DNA of 64,000 bases from Nitrospinaceae bacterium. Its GTDB lineage: Bacteria; Nitrospinota; Nitrospinia; Nitrospinales; Nitrospinaceae. Within the stretch, counting starts at the first letter, position 1. Each line of letters begins with the position of its first letter. Of the stretch, positions 59,315 to 64,000 are shown piece after piece. The stretch is from assembly GCA_965223665.1 (NCBI GenBank), contig OZ245011.1, positions 2,816,001 through 2,880,000 of the forward strand, in the 5' to 3' direction. The notes below the pieces were generated by a model that was given only the letters and a program-made list of their open reading frames with translations, was not told the origin of the DNA and ran no database searches. Both the position numbers and the translations under genes were made by a program.

Positions 59315-59833
59315 TCAAAATTGAATCATTGAAAAAATAGGAAGATTTTTCAGTTTATCTTTTCCATTTAGAAAGGTTAATTCGATAATGAATGAAGCTT
59401 CTACAATTTCGGCTTGAAAATTTTTATTGATTAATTGAACTGCCGCAGCCATGGTTCCCCCTGTAGCCAAAACGTCATCTATCAAAACAACCCTTTGACC
59501 CTGCTTGAGGGCATCCTGATGAATTTCAATACTGTCAGTCCCATATTCTAATGAATAACTTTGTTCAAAAGTTTTGTAAGGAAGTTTTCCGGGTTTACGG
59601 ACAATCACACAACCGGCCCCTAAAGCATATGCTAAGGTGGCTGCAAAAATAAATCCTCGCGCTTCAATGCCTACGACCATATCAATTTTCTTGCCGGTAT
59701 AACGCATCTTTAAAGAATCAATTACCTTAGTAAAATGAACTGGATCAGATAACAGTGGGGTGATGTCTTTAAATACAATTCCTTCTTTAGGAAAATCAGG
59801 TATGTCCCGGATAATGGTTTTTAACTCTTCCAT
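59315..59833 (-). CDS. apt: Adenine phosphoribosyltransferase
   Basis: IPDFPKEGIVFKDITPLL, EARGFIF, RKPGKLP, LEYG, IDDVLATGGT. Confidence 0.97.
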   Translation of the reverse strand: MEELKTIIRDIPDFPKEGIVFKDITPLLSDPVHFTKVIDSLKMRYTGKKIDMVVGIEARGFIFAATLAYALGAGCVIVRKPGKLPYKTFEQSYSLEYGTDSIEIHQDALKQGQRVVLIDDVLATGGTMAAAVQLINKNFQAEIVEASFIIELTFLNGKDKLKNLPIFSMIQF

Positions 59834-59887
59834 AGAAGTTCCTTTCTGGTTGAACAATCTAAGATACTTTATTTTGGAAAAGCAATC

Positions 59888-60616
59888 CTATCTTTTCCTG
59901 GGTAAGAATAACAGAGGATTTTTTGGATGGGAATCATTTCTCACTTCAAAATGGAGATGCGGTCCAGTAGCACGCCCACTTTTACCTACATAAGCAATTC
60001 TCTGTCCCTTTTTTACGTAGGCACCTTTTTTTACTAAATTTTTAGCGTTATGTGCATAGACCGTGGTTAGATGTCCTGGATGCTTAATGATAATCATTCG
60101 ACCATAACCCGTCGGCCCCCAACCACTAAACTTTACCCGTCCTCCCTTGGCAGCAATAATTGGGGTTCCCCTGGGTGCTCCAATATCAATTCCCTCGTGC
60201 TTTCGACCTCGCCGGCGACCAAATTGAGATGTTAGTGTTCCTCGTACTGGCCAAATTAAATTTCCCCTGTATGATCTTTTTCTGGCTTGTTTCTTGGGAA
60301 TTCTTTTTGCACTATAAACTTTTTGACCGACTCCCTGAACTGTAGGAGGGACTTCCAGAATTCGAATTGCACCTGGAATCCATAATTGATGACCGACCTG
60401 GATTTGACTGGGGTCCCAAATTTGGTTTGCCGCTTGCAAAACTCGAACATCCACCTGATAAGTTTTTGCAATTGTATAAAGAGTTTGGCCTTTTTGGACA
60501 CGATGATAAACACCCGGGGTTTCTAGACGAAGAGATTTTCCTCCTCCACACCCGGAAATCAATGACAGTAAAATACCGGCTAATACTATCGAAGAAATGA
60601 ATCGTATTTTATTCAT
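59888..60616 (-). CDS. LysM + M23 peptidase lipoprotein (NlpD-like)
   Basis: ISGC lipobox; HRVQKGQTLY (LysM); HEGID and HLHFE zinc motifs intact. Confidence 0.92.
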   Translation of the reverse strand: MNKIRFISSIVLAGILLSLISGCGGGKSLRLETPGVYHRVQKGQTLYTIAKTYQVDVRVLQAANQIWDPSQIQVGHQLWIPGAIRILEVPPTVQGVGQKVYSAKRIPKKQARKRSYRGNLIWPVRGTLTSQFGRRRGRKHEGIDIGAPRGTPIIAAKGGRVKFSGWGPTGYGRMIIIKHPGHLTTVYAHNAKNLVKKGAYVKKGQRIAYVGKSGRATGPHLHFEVRNDSHPKNPLLFLPRKR

Positions 60617-60779
60617 AGCAAATAGATAACTTATTGTTTGTCAATAGATTATATCATTTTCATTTTAGGGATCAAGGTCACTACTTCCTTTACAAGGGGC
60701 ATGGGTTTATGTATAAATCAAACTAGAAATAGAATTTTTTTAAGGTAAGTAACCCATTCGCTAACTATGGATATTTCAA

Positions 60780-61922
60780 GTGAAATCAAAAAATAAAATT
60801 ATTATATTTTTTCTTCTTTTTTATTTTATTGGGATACTGGGATGTGGACCCACCGCAAAAGATCCTGAACCTTTTGCGGTTCCGGTGGTATATGAAACCG
60901 GTAAAAAGCCTGCCACGTTAGTAGCCCATGATATGAATAATGATGAATTTCCAGACATTTTAGTACCAAACACGGATGATCACACATTGATGTTTTTCCG
61001 TGGAAATGGAGATGGTACGTTTGCAGAACCATTTTTAATGAATACGGGTCGAGAACCTGTTGCCATAGAGGTGGGAGACTTCAATAATGATCGTATTCCT
61101 GATGCAGCCGTTTGCAACTATGGTGACAATACGCTTTCAATTATTCTTGGTCAAAAAGACGAAGTGTTTAAAATGATGGATCCCATTAAAATTGGCAAGC
61201 TTCCTATTGCCATTTCCAAAGGTGATTTCAATAACGATCATAATCTGGATTTAGCTGTGACCTTGAGATTTGATAAATTGATTATTTTATTAGGGAATGG
61301 GGACGGTACTTTTAAATTGGCAGAAGCTTACAAAGCTGGAGGAACACCTGCCAGGTTAGTGGTCGGGGATTACAATTCAGATCAAAAGGAAGACATCGCC
61401 ATAACTTTTAATGCAGTAAAAACAAATTTTATAAAAATATTTTTTGGTAATGGAGATGGAACTTTTGCCCCACCGAAACGAATAATGGGTGGACATCAAT
61501 CAGGTTTCATAACACAGGGAGATATGGATGAAGATGGCAAGGTAGACCTTTTGGTTTCCAGCCCCATGGCCGATAGCTTAACTATCTTTATGGGAGATGG
61601 AAAAGGAAATTTTATTAAGAAAGACGATTTCGCAGCTGAAAAAGGGCCCAATTATATTGTTACAGGAGAGTTTACGGGAGATAAAACTCTTGATCTGGTA
61701 GTGGGCAACCAGAGAGATGGAACTATTTCACTTTTACCGGGGCGTGGAGATGGAACATTTGTTTTCCCACATTACAATTACCCTGTCGGACGACATCCCC
61801 GAGCTGTAGCAGGGGCGGATTTTAATAAAGACGGACTCAAAGACATTGCAGTCATATTATATGATTCACATACATTACAAATATTTATGAGACGCTTTGA
61901 AAATAATACTATTGAGTCGTAA
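60780..61922 (+). CDS. FG-GAP/VCBS-repeat beta-propeller lipoprotein
   Basis: ILGC lipobox; about 7 repeats of (G)DFNxDxxxD...LGNGDGTF. Confidence 0.88.
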   Translation: MKSKNKIIIFFLLFYFIGILGCGPTAKDPEPFAVPVVYETGKKPATLVAHDMNNDEFPDILVPNTDDHTLMFFRGNGDGTFAEPFLMNTGREPVAIEVGDFNNDRIPDAAVCNYGDNTLSIILGQKDEVFKMMDPIKIGKLPIAISKGDFNNDHNLDLAVTLRFDKLIILLGNGDGTFKLAEAYKAGGTPARLVVGDYNSDQKEDIAITFNAVKTNFIKIFFGNGDGTFAPPKRIMGGHQSGFITQGDMDEDGKVDLLVSSPMADSLTIFMGDGKGNFIKKDDFAAEKGPNYIVTGEFTGDKTLDLVVGNQRDGTISLLPGRGDGTFVFPHYNYPVGRHPRAVAGADFNKDGLKDIAVILYDSHTLQIFMRRFENNTIES

Positions 61923-62021
61923 GTTCCCAAATTTAAATTTTTTCAAAACTCTTATCAGTTATACTGTATTTAAACTCTATTTTTCTTTTTTAAACCTCAG
62001 AACATATTAGATTTAACGTTT

Positions 62022-62522
62022 ATGGTTCAAGCAAATTCAATATTATTAAGAAATTTAATAATTTGGATTATTTCAACCTTATTGATTCCCATGGAGGGAA
62101 ATACTCAAACAATATCTCCTTCCAACCGAGTTGTTTTACCTATTTCCACTCAATTATATTTGCCTGATTACAAAGATAAAACTACAAGGTGGCTTCCAAC
62201 AGAAAAACAGGTAGATGAGAGCCTAGCTTCTGTTTTAAAATTTCTAAGAGATAATAAATTACACAATCAATTATACCCATACTATAAAAATCAAATAAAA
62301 AAAATCCTTAAACATTTTTCCAATTATCGAGTTCAACTTGTGGGAGGAACGGTAAATAGAAAAAAACGAATATGGTTAAATTTTTTTCTGGTGGATACTG
62401 ATTTCAAGGATTGGAAACAACGACCTATTATTGTTTTGGATGGCGGGTATCATTTCTGGCAAATTGAATACACTATTGATGGGAAACAATGCATTAATTT
62501 CCGGGTGAATGGTTCAGCCTAA
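62022..62522 (+). CDS. Hypothetical exported protein
   Basis: Signal-like N-terminus; C-terminal VLDGG..FW...FRVNGSA. Confidence 0.7.
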   Translation: MVQANSILLRNLIIWIISTLLIPMEGNTQTISPSNRVVLPISTQLYLPDYKDKTTRWLPTEKQVDESLASVLKFLRDNKLHNQLYPYYKNQIKKILKHFSNYRVQLVGGTVNRKKRIWLNFFLVDTDFKDWKQRPIIVLDGGYHFWQIEYTIDGKQCINFRVNGSA

Positions 62523-62532
62523 TAGAATACTT

Positions 62533-62730
62533 TCAAGAACCTTGCTCAAAATCATCTACTTCTGGATTGACCTGTTCACCTTCAATTGAATAACTCTGTC
62601 CAAGCCATTTACTGAGATCAACCAGTCGACAACGTTCCGAACAAAAGGGGAAATGCCGGTTTTCCTTTTTTGAAACTTTCTTTTTACAAATTGAACAGAT
62701 TTGAAAAAGTTTTTTGGAAGAGGATTTCAT
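62533..62730 (-). CDS. yacG: DNA gyrase inhibitor YacG
   Basis: CSICKK...FPFCSERCRLVDLSKW...Y.I; GAGG SD. Confidence 0.92.
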   Translation of the reverse strand: MKSSSKKLFQICSICKKKVSKKENRHFPFCSERCRLVDLSKWLGQSYSIEGEQVNPEVDDFEQGS

Positions 62731-62822
62731 AAACTACACCTCTAAATATTTCATGTGCTCTTACAAGGATACAGTAAAGTTTTAATCAGGTAAATCGGCC
62801 CGAAAGACTAAATTCTTTTATA

Positions 62823-62848
62823 TCTCTAAAGGCAAAACCTTTTAGAGA
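62823..62848. terminator. Hairpin downstream of the 62868-63347 gene
   Basis: TCTCTAAA(GG)...(CC)T-TTTAGAGA inverted repeat. Confidence 0.4.
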
Positions 62849-62867
62849 CTTCTCTTTCCCTAAGTAG

Positions 62868-63347
62868 CTAACAATCAAATGGGACAATGTTCGGAAAATT
62901 ATTATTCAAATTATCTACCATTTGTTTTGCATCAGGTCCTGCTCCTACCATCACCGCTGTGGAGCCTTCTTTATTACAGGCTCCCGCTTTAGGGCGGGAA
63001 ACACATACAATGTATCCTCGAGTTGAGAAAGTCATTCCACTTACTTCGGAGTTACCTTTTTTAATATTAAAAATTTTTATTTTGTCAATAGAGGTTTTTT
63101 TTAAAGTTTGTTCGGCAGCTTGTAAACAAGTTTTTTTTCCAAAAAGCAAATCCTTCAATCTGTAATAGGACGCAGGAACATTTGCTTTTAATTTTAATCT
63201 GGGTTTGGCTTGTATATTTCTTTTTTCTTCAACCGATCTTATTTGGGAAAATGATGTTTGAACATAAGACAACAGCATTACATTAGTTAGCAGGACCCAA
63301 AAGATCTTAAAAAATATCTGATTTTTTAAATTTAAAACCGTATTCAT
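62868..63347 (-). CDS. Hypothetical exported Cys-containing protein
   Basis: AGGAG SD before ATG 63347; signal-like segment; four Cys. Confidence 0.65.
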   Translation of the reverse strand: MNTVLNLKNQIFFKIFWVLLTNVMLLSYVQTSFSQIRSVEEKRNIQAKPRLKLKANVPASYYRLKDLLFGKKTCLQAAEQTLKKTSIDKIKIFNIKKGNSEVSGMTFSTRGYIVCVSRPKAGACNKEGSTAVMVGAGPDAKQMVDNLNNNFPNIVPFDC

Positions 63348-63708
63348 GGGTTTTTCTCCTAACATTAAGAAAGAAAGAGTGATCACAAAATATTTATAAA
63401 TTAAAGGGGGAATAATGTCCAAATAATTTAGCTTCTAATTCCAGTACCCATACATAGGGTTATGGATTCAGATATTTAAAATGATATTAGAAGTATAGGG
63501 TGCAATAATAATTTTTTCTTTTTATAAATTACAACTCCAATATTAGTGGTGGGGGAATGTAACAAAAATATAAACAGGTCCTCTATATAATTTTTTTCAG
63601 TCTCTTAATTGAAATAAAGAAAATGATAATTCCCTCCTTGGAATGTAAGAATAATAAGCAGTAACTTTTATTTTTAATCTATAAAAAATAAATTTTAATT
63701 TCCCTCTG

Positions 63709-63885
63709 TTAAAGACTATTTTTCTTATCCTGAATTTCTGCCCGCCTCGATTTTGCCAATTTCCCTAATTCTGCCAAAGCTTTTCTCGCCCTTGCAGCTG
63801 CGGCTTTAATATTCTTTTGTTCAAAGCTTTCATTTTCCTCAACATATGCGTTAAAAGCGGCAACAATTTGATCATGTGTACTCAT
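63709..63885 (-). CDS. Short Hc1-like (histone H1-like) nucleoid protein, 58 aa
   Basis: Not in the ORF track. MSTHDQIVAAFNAYVEENESFEQKNIKAAAARARKALAELGKLAKSRRAEIQDKKNSL*, with AAGGAG SD. Confidence 0.82.
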   Translation of the reverse strand: MSTHDQIVAAFNAYVEENESFEQKNIKAAAARARKALAELGKLAKSRRAEIQDKKNSL

Positions 63886-64000
63886 AAATTCCAGCTCCTT
63901 AAGAGAAATATTTCTAAAAAGTTTTTGAAGAACTTATGTTCCCTATAAAAAAGGAATCTCCAAAAATTAATTGTCCCAGAATAACAATTAATGCGTAAAG

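Noticed and set aside
60780-61922. DNA repeats of the GGAAATGGAGATGG type
   Set aside because: Explained by FG-GAP protein repeats; not CRISPR or a DGR.
62823-62848. c-di-GMP-I riboswitch (GGCAAAACC)
   Set aside because: The second GEMM hairpin is missing and the orientation does not fit a downstream gene; it reads as a simple hairpin.
1-64000. CRISPR arrays, IS elements, rRNA/tRNA, and the many short antisense ORFs in the track
   Set aside because: No regularly spaced repeats, transposase or RNA-gene signatures seen by eye. The short ORFs overlap well-supported genes and lack motifs. A covariance-model scan would be needed to exclude small RNAs.

Overview
AT-rich bacterial chromosomal window made mostly of core and cell-envelope genes. 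I recognised no rRNA, tRNA, CRISPR array, integrase or transposase. Gene content and order (XRE-pilMNOPQ-aroB, glyS-ppdK, LapA-LapB fusion, Geobacter-like pilins, FGE-domain lipoprotein) suggest a Nitrospinota/Desulfobacterota-like diderm; this is inference. Housekeeping genes include amt (truncated), a Kef-type antiporter, uvrC, nadD-rsfS-dksA, aroB, miaB, nagZ, a GH57 enzyme, an MsbA-like exporter, ppdK, glyS, mnmG, apt and yacG. The most interesting items are: (1) an Arg-type cysteine dioxygenase fused to a SAM methyltransferase, with a palindrome over its promoter and a large unknown gene directly downstream; (2) two tandem aromatic-rich type IV pilins, each with its own sigma-54 promoter, next to a YfhO/GT-C glycosyltransferase; (3) a roughly 500-aa non-lipoprotein PilP fused to a DUF2059-like region; (4) a membrane-anchored NB-ARC/TPR (NLR-like) STAND protein; (5) an ADP-ribosylglycohydrolase homolog that has lost most metal ligands; (6) a probable ATT start codon on a YycJ-like hydrolase; (7) an orphan split sulfo/phosphonopyruvate decarboxylase; (8) a 58-aa Hc1-like histone gene absent from the ORF track. 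All family calls come from motif recognition by eye, not database searches.
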